In this document: positions 10,660 through 21,700 of the stretch, piece after piece
Layout of the letters: each line of letters opens with the position of its first letter
How positions within the stretch are numbered: position 1 is the first letter of the stretch
NCBI GenBank assembly: GCA_013115145.1
Contig: JAAPAO010000396.1
Location: 1 to 33,325 of the forward strand
Source: Perkinsus chesapeaki ATCC PRA-425
Taxonomy: Eukaryota > Protista > Perkinsozoa
DNA: 33,325 nucleotides
Direction: 5' to 3'
Notes under the pieces: model-generated
Database searches by the model: none
The model's input: only the letters and a program-made list of their open reading frames with translations
Told to the model about the DNA's origin: nothing
Translations under genes and position numbers: made by a program

Positions 10660-12626
10660 ATCTAATAGATGTCCTCTACAGTGCGTTCGCGTTTGTTGGG
10701 CAAGTTGATTAAAATTGAATATTTCGCGTTAGAGTGATGAAAATTGGTTGAAACCTTCAAGGGTACAGCTTTAAGACAAGGGGAATCGATTGGTATAATT
10801 TTCATGACAGAACTCCCAGCCGTTTCACCGTGAAAGCGAGCGAGAAGAAAAATGACCGTACTCATCGTTCGTTTTTGTTGGGCAACCTTTACTTATCACG
10901 ACACTATCGTAGGGGCAAGCAGTAAAGCACCGCCTATCCGGTCTGCTAATCGGTCGACTAATACTCCGACCAAAAGAGTATTCATTTTCGAGGTTGCATT
11001 ACCGGAGCGTATGGTGGAAGCCTCGAGCCCGAGATGAATTCGGTTGCATAAACTCTAAAATACTTCGAAGGGTATAGGATACGGAGGCTGCTTAGACCTG
11101 CCAACACCAATAGGGTTTTGGGATGACGTCCCTGTGGTACATACCGGGCTCATCTGATTTATAGGCTTGCATCTCGGCAATATCTTGGCGCGTGACTTTG
11201 GCGATTATCACCCTTTCTTTACAAAGGTTGTCCTCTGAGATCTTCGTAAGCATTTGGAATGTTTTCTCGGTAATCTATAAACAGACTCGAATCTCGAAAG
11301 TGTGACGTCGATTTACCTTTTGCACGTCACGCCGCGCAATCCCACCGTACGAGTTTCTGTCAGAGGCGACCCAAACCTGTCCAGATTGGTGGCTGACGGA
11401 TATGCTACTGATGACTACATTGAAACCGTTCCCGAGCGAACGTATTTTGGATGTCAGTCTAAGCGGGCTGCAGTACGACTCGAGAGCGTCATCATCGATT
11501 ATTGGCTGCGATTAGGAGAATACGGCATGGGCGTAATGTATGGGATGACATTATAAAGGATATGGTGAGTGCCGATGAGATTGGGATACTTCATTAGCAG
11601 CTTGAAAAGCATCCCAGCTCCTTCATAACAGGCCACCACTCTACACTGGTGGACGCCGAACTCCGATAGGACCTATGAAAGTGATGAGATACTTCGGTGC
11701 CGGACGTGAACTGACGTGTGAAATCATGGATGCTTCCCAAGGTCGCCATCTCTCCGGTGGACACCTTATGTTTTGAGATATGTTTGATTTGCCAAACCCG
11801 GGCAAATCTATTAATAAAACGTTGAAGCCCTTCTTGTAAAGGCTCAAGGCGAGCTGAAGAGGTCGCAAGTTCGATCCACGACATGGGCATTTTAGACCCC
11901 ACTTTCATCCAGGTCCAGGAAGTAGTAAGGTTGCCGTAACCATGTATTGCCAGCACCCATTCGCCAGTATCAGCTCCCTAAACAGCCAGGCAGGCTCATC
12001 TCAACGATTGCCTGCTTCACCTTTTTCTTGCTCAACTTGTGCTTCGTCGGCTTGATGCCCGTGGATTGCTGAAGGCATCTGATAGTGGTAAAGATACCAC
12101 TGACAACTTCGTAATTCTAATCTCAAGAAGCAAGCGCCGACCGCCGAAAAAGCTCTCGGATATGCTGCACTCGGACTTTAAATGTTTTTACTGCACTCGT
12201 GAGTTTGGTGATGGTTTTTACCTGGGCTCCTTCACTTTTTCATTTCACCCCGGAAACTGCACGTAGGTGTGGAGTCCACCGCAAGACTAGCCAAAGGAAA
12301 GCCCTCCAGAATGGCTTCAACATTGGCAAGAGTTTAAATCTCACAACGATTTCCGTAAAGCGTTCGCGGCATTCGACCCACCTGGCGTAGATCTGGCAGT
12401 TGGCAGAAATGCTAAACTCCGCAACTTGCGTCGTCAAATTGTCCAAAAGGAAGGACTTCTCCTTCTCATTAAAGGCCTCGCTCGACAGGACAGCCTCTTC
12501 AGATGGTTCCGAGATAACACTGAAGACCTGTTGTACAGTATCATACAGATTCGTCCAACAATCAATAGGAGATATATTATGTAAGCGTATTGCCAAGTGA
12601 TGTGAGTTATATACGTTAAAATCCAC
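10660..12626 (-). CDS. Alpha/beta-hydrolase-fold protein with N-terminal extension; nucleophile elbow degenerate; both ends approximate
   Basis: Spliced WVLAIHGYGNLTTSWTWMK|LALSLYKKGFNVLLIDLPGFGKS...SMISH|VLSEFGVHQCRVVACYEGAGMLFKLLMKYPNLI (introns 11854-11901 and about 11673-11715). HG oxyanion motif and DLPGFGKS are canonical. Confidence 0.72.
11861..11893 (+). repeat. tRNA 3'-end-like fragment inside intron 11854-11901 (antisense to host gene)
   Basis: GGTC-GCAAG-TTCGATC-CACGA-CATGGGC-A-TTTT: B-box core, tRNA position 49-73 spacing, then a T-run. T-stem pairing has decayed. Confidence 0.55.
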
Positions 12627-12999
12627 ATGAGCTCAAGAGAGAGGAGGGATCCATTTACAATGGTCATATGTCCATTTATACCAATCGACCAATCCAGCGC
12701 GCAATGGGTCCTTCAGGAGAGTTATACTATGCACTAATCTTTCAGGTGATCCACCAACTTCGAGGTTCAAGGAAATAGGCTATATGTCTATGACGGCAGT
12801 CCTCGGTACCTTCCGTCATGCATTCGATTAACATCTTACCTCCCCACCACCCCTATCTTCAAGCCTGTCTGATCTTTGATGATTCATTTACGAACTAACT
12901 CTATGCTGGATAATATAAATATATCATATATTTATATTACTCGTCAATTCCCCATATATTATATATGGGGAATTGACGAGCATGGTAAAAGGAGTAACG

Positions 13000-15070
13000 A
13001 GGTAATTACGATGGTTTTGGTATATTCGAGAAACGTCTTTCCCCGACACGGTATGAGATAACAACTAAGGAGAACTATGGGCGCTGCGATGTGAAGGAAG
13101 TGACGTTTTGGGTCAGATTTCGCTGTATGCCAACCGGGCTCTTCAGCGTTCCTGTTGTATCGTTTCCACGTGGAAGCTTTCCGTCTTGTTTCTGATTGTT
13201 TGACATTACTAATCTATCATTAACTTGTCATAACTCAACTCCCACATCATCTGGAACAATGATACCACTTTAGGCGTGTTTCAGCCAATCACATATGCAA
13301 GCTTTGGACAGTCAGAGAATCCTGACGATGTGCCATCCTGTCGTCCTGGGCCTTCAACGTTCGCGGTGTAACCTTAAAAACAACTTAGAACAGCAGTAAA
13401 GTATACGAACTAACTCACCGCGAGTTGACATTGCTTTAAATCAGCGTCAACTTCAGCCCCTTTGGTGTGCTCCAACAGCATCGTTAATGCCTGTCATAAT
13501 CTCTAACTTCCCAAAAGTCCAAACCTTACCTTAGTCTTCTCAATTTCAAGATGCTTCCCTCGACGTTGGTAGCATGTCACTAGTTCCCGTTCCATCCGCA
13601 ACATGTCGCTCACTCTATAATATTCAATCTAACCAACCACGTCCATTGACGCCGGAGTTCGAACCTTACCAGAATCTGTTTCTGCAACTGCAATTTGGCC
13701 TCAAGCTCAATTTCAAGGGCGATCAGTTCGGGATTGTCAGAGCTCACCGCGGCAACAACATCCGATGTGATCAGCGGTATCGCTTTCTCCGTTCGCATCT
13801 CATCTGTCAATCAATGCAGCTACACTTCTACCCTCTCCTTACCTTCCTGGCCCGAGGAGCTCGGCGTCTCCGGGGGCGCTATTCCGTCCCCTTCCACATC
13901 GGCACGATACCCACTGGACACCGCAGCTTGAATCCTCTGAAACCAAATCATCAGGTCACTTCCGGTTCGCCAAGTCTCACCGTTTTCTGTACTAATGCCG
14001 CCACCGCACGAGAAATCGCTGGATTAGCCTTGGCAGCAGCGGCAGTGGCCTGAAGAGGGTAAATTTGTGGCGCGCGAGAAATCACACGATCTACCTGTTG
14101 CTGTTGCTGCTGTTTGTGGGCCTCCTTAAGTTGCTCGTTTAAGGTTGACAACTTCTCCTCGATAACAATACGACGCCCGACTGCCTCAGCCCGGAGGGAA
14201 CTGCCGGAAAATGATTTTGCTGGAAATACATCCCAAAGCAGCTTCACGTTAACCCAAAAAATGGTCCCACTTTCCGATTTCTGTGGCGCGTGACGGATAT
14301 GTCCTACCAGCTGTCACCAGGATCTAGTCTGGCTTTCTTCGCATCATGCTCTTTATCCCCATTTTCCATACCGCTCCTTCCTTCCTCAATCGGCGACCAA
14401 AGAGAACTCCTCACGATGGTCTCGATGCCACTACGACCTGGTAAAATCGTCAACAACAATCTGATAGGGCAAAGGCGAGGGACCTGTGAGATAAGCTAAC
14501 AGCAGCTGTCGCTCCTTAGCACTGTCAAGGACATCCAAATTAAACCTAATAAGAAAATGCAATGTGCCGGGATAGAACCCACGCCCTACTTCTCCGCTAT
14601 ATCCCTCACCAGTCGTTGATGACGCTGGAGGTCCGATTGGCTGGTTAATGACCGAGATGCCATAAGCAACCACAACGTTCCGATGGTAATCTAAAAATAC
14701 ATTAAATGTCACCTCTGTGGTTTGAACCGGGGACCTTTCCGCAGAGAACTGCAAAGCAACCTCGATACTAGAAATCATTGCATCCCCCCTACAGGCAACT
14801 ATACTGGATTGAAATGAAAAGGATACCAGAGGTTATAATAACGTTTAGCACCGCTTCTAAGCAGACGTCCAATAACAGGACCCATAACTTACTCTATTAG
14901 TTTCACCTTTAATGTTGATACCTTTCAAGGGCATCTGGGCCTCTAACAGTAGCTCTATGTGACGCGACCCTGAGGGGAATTAACAATCGCTGGCGACAAG
15001 ATATTATAACAAAGGTGTTAGAAAATCCGATAATTCATCCGTCAACGGCATTTCCCGCCCCCTCCAACAT
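13000..15070 (-). CDS. Uncharacterised multi-exon protein with coiled-coil segments; ends uncertain
   Basis: A consistent chain of GT-AG joins gives ...RYYNLWGDAMISSIE...DYHRNVVVAYGISV...PPASSTT|GLIWMSLT|VPRLCPIRLL... and ...IELEAKLQLQKQIL|IEYYRVSDMLRMERELVTCYQRRGKHLEIEKTK|ALTMLLEHTK.... No family recognised with confidence. Confidence 0.45.
14554..14582 (-). repeat. tRNA 3'-end-like fragment inside intron 14546-14609 (sense)
   Basis: GTGGG-TTCTATC-CCGGC-ACATTGC-A-TTTT. It shares 23 of 26 nt with the fragment at 24487-24512. Confidence 0.6.
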
Positions 15071-15391
15071 TTTCAACACCCTACTGATGTGTTTTCGTAT
15101 GAACTAATACATCTAATTTGCCATGTCAAATATAAATGAGTCGAGCCTGGCAGCTGAGAACGAGCCATTTGTCTATCTGTAAATATTAATTTGTATGTGA
15201 AGTTGGTGTATTTGTGTGTTGTATGTTATTATGTATATGAAGCCCTTAATAAGTTCAATTTTTCAACAGCCGACTTGCATCTATATAACATTCCAAAGCC
15301 GCACAGAAAACTCGAGCCCCTAGAGTTTTGCCCATCCTAAAGAGTAAAGGATCGTCCAGTGTGGGGGGGGATCTAAGGTTGAATGTACCCT

Positions 15392-17388
15392 TTATATAGA
15401 TACACTAAATAAATAGATATAGATTAAAATCACCCCCTCCCTCCCCCACAGTTCCCCTTCATCATTACGTGTGATAGGCACCCGAACTGCTGGCCGCCGG
15501 CCAGAGATATCGGTAACCAATCGCAAAGCTGTGAAGTTGCAGATGCAGAATCCCCGGAAAAGCTGCAACGTCCGAAGTGCCTCCTTTGTCGGTGGCGCCA
15601 AGGATTCCCGGAATGATGTAGTGCTCAACACCTTGCCTTCTAAAAATCCAAACTTGCTAAACCACCATCTTGCCAGATTTACCATACCGCTCTTTCCTTT
15701 ACTCTCCCTGAAATGGAGGGTAGGGGGCGTGGGTGTCTTCGGACTGTGCGTTCTGATTCCTGGTTGCCAACCGAGCTCCGTGTCGAGCGCCGCCACCGCC
15801 GGTCGTCGCACCGATCGACGACCAGATTTGCCCGTCTGATTTAAATAATCCTTTCTCCATGATTAATTTTATGCGGTTCCAACCTCAGTTGCTCCCCCTT
15901 CTTCAGCATCATCCTGCTTCCGCTTTTTGATATTATGATACTCTTGAGCTGTCGGCAACAGCAGAGATATCAGATTCTTGTAGGTCACCGCGCTCGGAGG
16001 GCTGCTGATGCTGCTGCCTCGGTCGCTGGCAACCGGCCTACCAACAAGACTCTTCTAGTCACCACGAGGCCCTATACCCTCCTGCATGATTCCTAGGAAG
16101 TGTGGTATTATTATTATTTCCGTCCTCCTGCTGCTGCTGTTGTATAGGATAAATTATATGTTTATTTATCATCTCCCTCAGTTTAACATAATCCTCAGAT
16201 TGCAGACCATCTATAGAGGCGTCATCGGCAGGGGGGGTCGAAGACATTTGCCGAGGAAAAGTCGGTATGAAAAGCTCCTCTATTTCGGAATAGTATTTCG
16301 GGAAAGGCGTTTGATTTCCGTCCACAGAGCTATAAATTAGCAATCATGTCGACATCGCTTGACTGAGCCCCGATTGATATAACCCTAGCATTTGGTCGAT
16401 GAAAACCTCCACCTTCAGGTTAAGATATTTTTAACATCTTCCAGGCCCATATGTCCTCCAACCAAATCGCTTAATACGGGAAACGTTTCTCGTTTATCGA
16501 TGCCTTTGGTCCCGTTCTTCCCTTCTATGATGATGCACCAAGGTCGCACAGGTTCAAGATGGGAGGGGGGGCTTTTGTAGAGATTCTGCGTATTTCTCCA
16601 GTGCAGCAAGCCTTTCTTTTTCGACCTTAAATGACGCCACCGGGGATCGAACCCACGACCGACAGGTTTGTGAATTACTGACAAAGCCGCCGCCCGAAGA
16701 GCATCCGAATTAATACTTGTCGATGTCTTCTCAGCTATACGCGAATCCTGAGCTTCAACCATGCACTTCAAACAGCAAAAAGATACGTTTCAGAAAAACA
16801 GCGTTCCATTGCAAGGCGTCGAGGCAGGAAGCTTCGTGGTGCATTCGCCTAAATGTATACTTCTTACTCCAGGCAAAGTCCCCGGAAACTAATGGAGGAC
16901 TATGCGTGCTCGACCCGTGAATCCATGTTGGCATTTTCGTGGCGCGTGACGGTTTACCTCCGCACAAAGCTCGTACAACTCCTTCCTCAATCCATTAACA
17001 GCCGTTGTGTATGACAAAATCAAGTTGGACAATTTCTAAAAGCAAAGACTGAGAATTGAACCAGCGACCTTGAGAATATTAAACCAGTTCCTTAACCACT
17101 ACGCCATACCTCCGACAGGTCATTAAGCCTTCCAGTAACCTTGGGGTCCTCCTCCGATATCGAAGGCTTTTCAGTGACAGCGTCGCTCCCGGTAATTAAC
17201 TGACATCAGCCCCATTCATACCGACAACTTCTATATTCGTCAAACTTTCGACGATACACCCCTCGCCCTTGTATAACCTCTTCGTGCATCCTATCAATCA
17301 ATCCAACCAATTCCCGTAGACGACCGTCAATCTGCTTGAGCAGCAGGTCCGACGATGACATACCTCCCGCGGCGGTAGCAGCCGGCAT
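15392..17388 (-). CDS. Uncharacterised multi-exon protein (N-terminal coiled coils); may be one gene or two
   Basis: MPAATAAGG...LLKQIDGRLRELVGLIDRMHEE...RLNDLSE|KLSNLILSYTTAVNGLRKELYELCAE|... with introns 17036-17109 and 16626-16678. Frame after 16625 is ambiguous (stop at 16554-16556 or continuation). Further coding-like exons at 16059-16343 and 15400-15811. Confidence 0.5.
16629..16660 (-). repeat. tRNA 3'-end-like fragment inside intron ending at 16626 (sense)
   Basis: GGTC-GTGGG-TTCGATC-CCCGG-TGGCGTC-A-TTT(AAG): perfect B-box GGTTCGATCC, 4 of 5 T-stem pairs, tRNA spacing. Confidence 0.65.
17042..17113 (-). pseudogene. Decayed tRNA-like sequence (most similar to tRNA-Ile AAU) filling intron 17036-17109
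   Basis: 72 nt that parse with canonical tRNA spacing: GGAGGTA-TG-GCGT-AGTGGTTA-AGGA-A-CTGGT-TTAATAT-TCTCA-AGGTC-GCTGG-TTCAATT-CTCAG-TCTTTGC, then TTTT. A-box TGGCGTAGTGG and B-box GGTTCAATTC are intact; AAT sits at the anticodon position; D- and anticodon stems no longer pair. Confidence 0.68.
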
Positions 17389-17598
17389 TGCTGAATAACC
17401 GTCATTCTCACGCGCCAGGAAACTCAAGGACAAAGCGCGAGGTATGATGAAAATGATAACAATAATTGTGTCAAGCAATAGTGTAAGTGAACAACCTCAG
17501 TCTGCAGTATGCAGCAGTATGCATAACCAATATGACCACCATGCATCACCACCACCTGCTGCTTCTGCTGCTCAGGGACGAATAAAAACCATTTGTCA

Positions 17599-18724
17599 TC
17601 ACATCGGTAGCGAACAGAGCTTCTTCACATAACGGCCGACCCGTCCTGAAAGATTCCATTTAGGTTGATTCAACAACCAAGACTGCTCATGCTGTTGCTA
17701 TCTTTACTACTTTCCTCGACGAATAAATGAAACTGTCGGCCCTTCGAGAAGACTGCCCAAACGTAGTCGTTCATCGCAGCAATTGACGGGAAATACAACC
17801 GTCCAACTTCATTATACCTAATCGATTACCTGATCGATTTCAACCTAATCTCTCCCAATACCCTACCAATCCTTCAATTTAATAGTAACATCATCGTTCC
17901 ATGCATGCGCCAAATAGGTGTGATAGACCACCAAATTGAAAGCGTTATGGCCGAGTTGACCAAGTTCTATCAAAGTCTCCTTGGGGGTGTCCTGCAACCA
18001 CCGACTCAGGACTCAACAACCTTCTACCCTATTACAACTACTTGTAGATAGATTAGAGTGGTCGCAAGATTCAAAGCGATGTCGCATGGATGCAGCTGAT
18101 ACTTGTAAAATATGTACATAAGCGTGACCGATACCAATCTAGTATCTTGGTCGTAGGGCACTAGGTCATATATCCCCAAACTGCACAGTTGAATATGAAA
18201 GTTGTGTCCAAGCAGTGCACCTAATAACCCTCATGAAAGCCTCGATAATGAACCTCCTCCTCCTCAACAACAATAACAGCAGCAGCAGCATGAGCAGTAT
18301 CCTGATCCTCTTCCTTACATTGCCGTGAATATGTGTTCTTGACGAAGTAGGCATAGTCTTCCTGGATTTGCCGTCTCCGTTCGTAGGTGTCATTGTGTGG
18401 TGGTGATGTCACCACCGGTGCCACCTGTGGTGCTGCAGCAGCAGTCAATGTGATTCTACCTCCTGACCCAGCAGGAGGAGGCGGAGGCCTTCCATTCCCC
18501 TCAGGAGGCACTCTCGAGGATGAGGAGGAGGAGCTTCTCGAGGAGGATGATGATGCTGACTTATCCCGTGATGGTAGGCTTCTTCCTCCTCCTCCTACTC
18601 CAACTGGTGCCGTTGCTCCCCCGCCACGATCGTCCCTCATCATGCTTGAGCTTCGATTGTAGTACGACCCTGCAATCGGTGAATTATTTGTTACGGAGTG
18701 GTCCGAGGAGGGCTGTTGGAGCAC
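17599..18724 (-). CDS. Pho80/P-U-type cyclin-like protein with low-complexity N-terminus; 5' end uncertain
   Basis: Spliced YQLHPCDIALNLATTLIYLQ|DTPKETLIELGQLGHNAFNLVVYHTYLAHAWNDDVTIKLKDW|YNEVGRLYFPSIAAMNDYVWAVFSKGRQFHLFVEE|RRVGRYVKKLCSLPM* matches the Pho80-family pattern (ALIY.DR...A.K..DD....KDW..VG...MN..E..FL). Confidence 0.68.
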
Positions 18725-21700
18725 TGATGGTGATGATGATGTTGCTAATGCCGACGAGGACGACGACCGTCTACTAATAGTCGAGAGTAGTATTAATTAA
18801 AAACCTAACCAACATCAGCAGCAGCAGCAGCCATAACCACCCATCTTATTACACACCATCAACAACAACGCAACATCTTAACAGTTACTTCTTCAAGATA
18901 CGATTCCTTCGCATTGTTGATAATGCAGCAGCAGCAGCAGAAGTATACGACGGCGGCGGCGGCCTCCTTCTCCTCAACCTTCACTGACCACCACTTCCCC
19001 GTAAGACATCAAGTAGATATAACCCCTCAGCAGTTCATGGTAAGGGTTGGTTTGTGGTACGTGATTGGTGGTCGAAAATGATGATCATAATTAAGAAGAG
19101 ATAGTTAAGGCATGAAAGGCATCCTATAATGGTATCGACGGCGGGCGGGGGGCGATGTAACTACCAAGCCCCTAACAGCTTAGCCCAATCCTCGAGTGCT
19201 TAGCCATGGCCACGTGCCAAAAGTAATTATTGTTATGAGTTGGTGATGAATATTTAAATAATACATATAATACACTACAGGATGAATAACATCCTGTCAT
19301 GATGAAATTAGTACAACAACAGGAGCAGCAGGAGCAAGAACCGCGGTAGCAGGTAGTAGGGGACAGGGGTAGCGGAAGATGATGAATACTCAATGGGAGT
19401 AGTAAACTCACCCGCTAAACAGCTGGACCAAGAGACAAGCGGCGACGGCGGCGGTGTTGGCGCCTCAGAAAGTAATAAGACATCATCTCATAAAACTGAT
19501 GTGGCGGCTGGTTGATAATGCATAATAATGAAATAATAATATAATCAACAGCTACACTGTCGTAGCAGAATCGTAACGCTCGACAACAGCCGCCGCAGCA
19601 TCATCAGGGGCGCAAATCGGGTCATCATCCCTTCCTGCTCCACGATCCTCTTGATCCCCTTCTGGTGCCTTCTCAATACATTGTCCGTCAGTGGAAGGCC
19701 CACCACCATCGCCATCGCCGCCGGCAGTAGCCTTCTCCTCCTCTTCAACACTCGTCACTGGAGTGATATCATCAATTCCTCCTCCTACCACCGGTGCCAA
19801 ATGGGCTAGTTCAGCCGCAGCATCGGCTAGCATGTCCGAGGCCGCCCCCGCCTTCGCCGCCGTCTCTCTGCTCTCCTCTAGAGCATATCCCTCCAAAGCC
19901 GGCATATGGGTTATAGGACCAGCCGGCATCGTCTCTTCACTTGCTGGGGATATCTCAGCGCTTGGAGGCAACTCTTGGAGCACACCACCACTAACAGCAG
20001 CGGAAGAAGGAGGGCTGGTCGGTGGCGAGGTCGCCGCCGACGCTGCCGAAGTGACAAAAGGGTCAATCTGGAAGATAACTAACTGCTGACTCAAGCCTCA
20101 TTACCTTACCATTTTCTCAGCAACGTCTCCAACCTTTGGTGGTAGCCCAGCCGAACATTCTTTTTCTGGCTTTTTAACTTCCACCGCCACTGTGTTAGCT
20201 AGTCCAACAGCCGCCATGGCTGCAGCAGCCACCTCTACTGAATCCGTCGCCGCCTCTATCAATGGCTTATCAATCACCTAACAACACCAACAACCACGAT
20301 AACACAAAAACTGTCCCCCGACCGACAACCTACCGGCGCAGAATTTTTCCGGCTTCGCCCGGTGGCAGTTGCCTTCGCCTTCGGTTTCGCCGCCACCTTT
20401 CTTCGCTTATTAGGGCTGGCCGCTCCTCCTCCTTGCTTCGAACCTTGCTGCTGCTGAGATGATGCCCCCCTCTTGGTTGGAACCGGAATAGGTGCCCCAG
20501 GATTGCCAATATTCATCCAGTCGCTTCCACCAGTCACCGTTGTGCTCCCCGAATCAGTACCAAATCCGTTCAACCCCGCTGCCGCCGCCGCGGCAGCAGC
20601 GGTGACCGCAGCATCATCAGCTGGCACCTCAAACGTTATTATACACCTTCCTCTCTGTCCAATGACATGCCTCAATACTTCCCCCGAGAAGGCATGATCG
20701 TTAACCTTAACAATCTTCCACCCTGGTCGAACACCCATACACAGAGCCTGCTGGCCAGGGTCCACTTCAACCACCTCGTCTCCCAGAATCGAGACACCCA
20801 GTTTTTGGTTAGTATCAAATTCCAACCTTCGGGGTAGCGCTCCGCCGCCAACTCCAGGTAACACTCCTCTCATTGGTGATGTTCCTTTTGTCCCATCATT
20901 GATAACCTTCGCCGCAGCAGCCCGTCTTGCTGCCGCTGCTGCCGTTGATCTACAGTACTTCAGTAATAGCTGGACCGCAACATGGAGATCTGATTCGATG
21001 CAAGTGCCATTCTTCCGGGAGCGCTTAGCAGCCGCGGATTCCCCGCCGACCAGTTGATACCATGGGACATTGGGCCGATAAGGATGACTAAGTTGAGTAA
21101 CATTAATACCAAACTCAGTGGAGGCTAATGCGATCGAGGTAAGGGCCAAAAGATGAGAGTCAGCAAAGAGGCATAATCTAGAGTTGTACCCTTGTAGGGC
21201 ATATCTGAAAATAAATATTTTCTAGCGGAGCGATGCAGCTAGGTCACGGTCTACCTGAGGGCGCTCCTCTCAAACACGGGAAGCCTTGTCTCATCCAAGA
21301 GAGTCGGATAGAGCAGGTCGATTAACGGTTTTAGATTCTGACAGAGTTACAAAAATTTAAAACAAAAAGCGCTTCGCTCCGCCCTACTCTAATATACGGA
21401 TCAATCAGGCTCGGCGCCACCTCGTCTGTGAGAGCTTTCACCGGTACGTTGACGAGGATGCTTTGCTGAAGCCTTGAGATACCCAGAAGCTCCGATTCGG
21501 TAAGCTGAAAAATAAAACAGTTAACGGTGGTGGCTGCTGCTGCTGCTGTTGCTTACACTATTTGGACTAGCTGCAAGGGTTAGGGCCATAAGAAGGGACT
21601 TCTGGTCCACTCGACCACACTTGTCAGAATAAAGGGAGTTGATTATATGTGCAATTGAAAAAACGGCCGCAGCTGCAACCTGCCACTCCTTCGACGTCAT

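Noticed and set aside
12840-12870. LKIGVVGR resembling the lead-in to an ABCC Walker A motif
   Set aside because: No TGSGKS follows in any plausible splice.
13700-14470. THUMP-domain interpretation (VPRLCPI, NPELIALEIE)
   Set aside because: Only scattered short resemblances; the NPELIALEIEL segment runs straight into a coiled coil.
15013-15082. Imperfect inverted repeat GGTGTTAGAAAAT...ATTTTCAACACC
   Set aside because: Short, imperfect, 45-nt spacer, and largely within coding-like sequence.
16415-16771. AP2-like domain suggested by GRGFDPRWRH in the ORF track
   Set aside because: That peptide is the translation of an intron containing the tRNA-like fragment.
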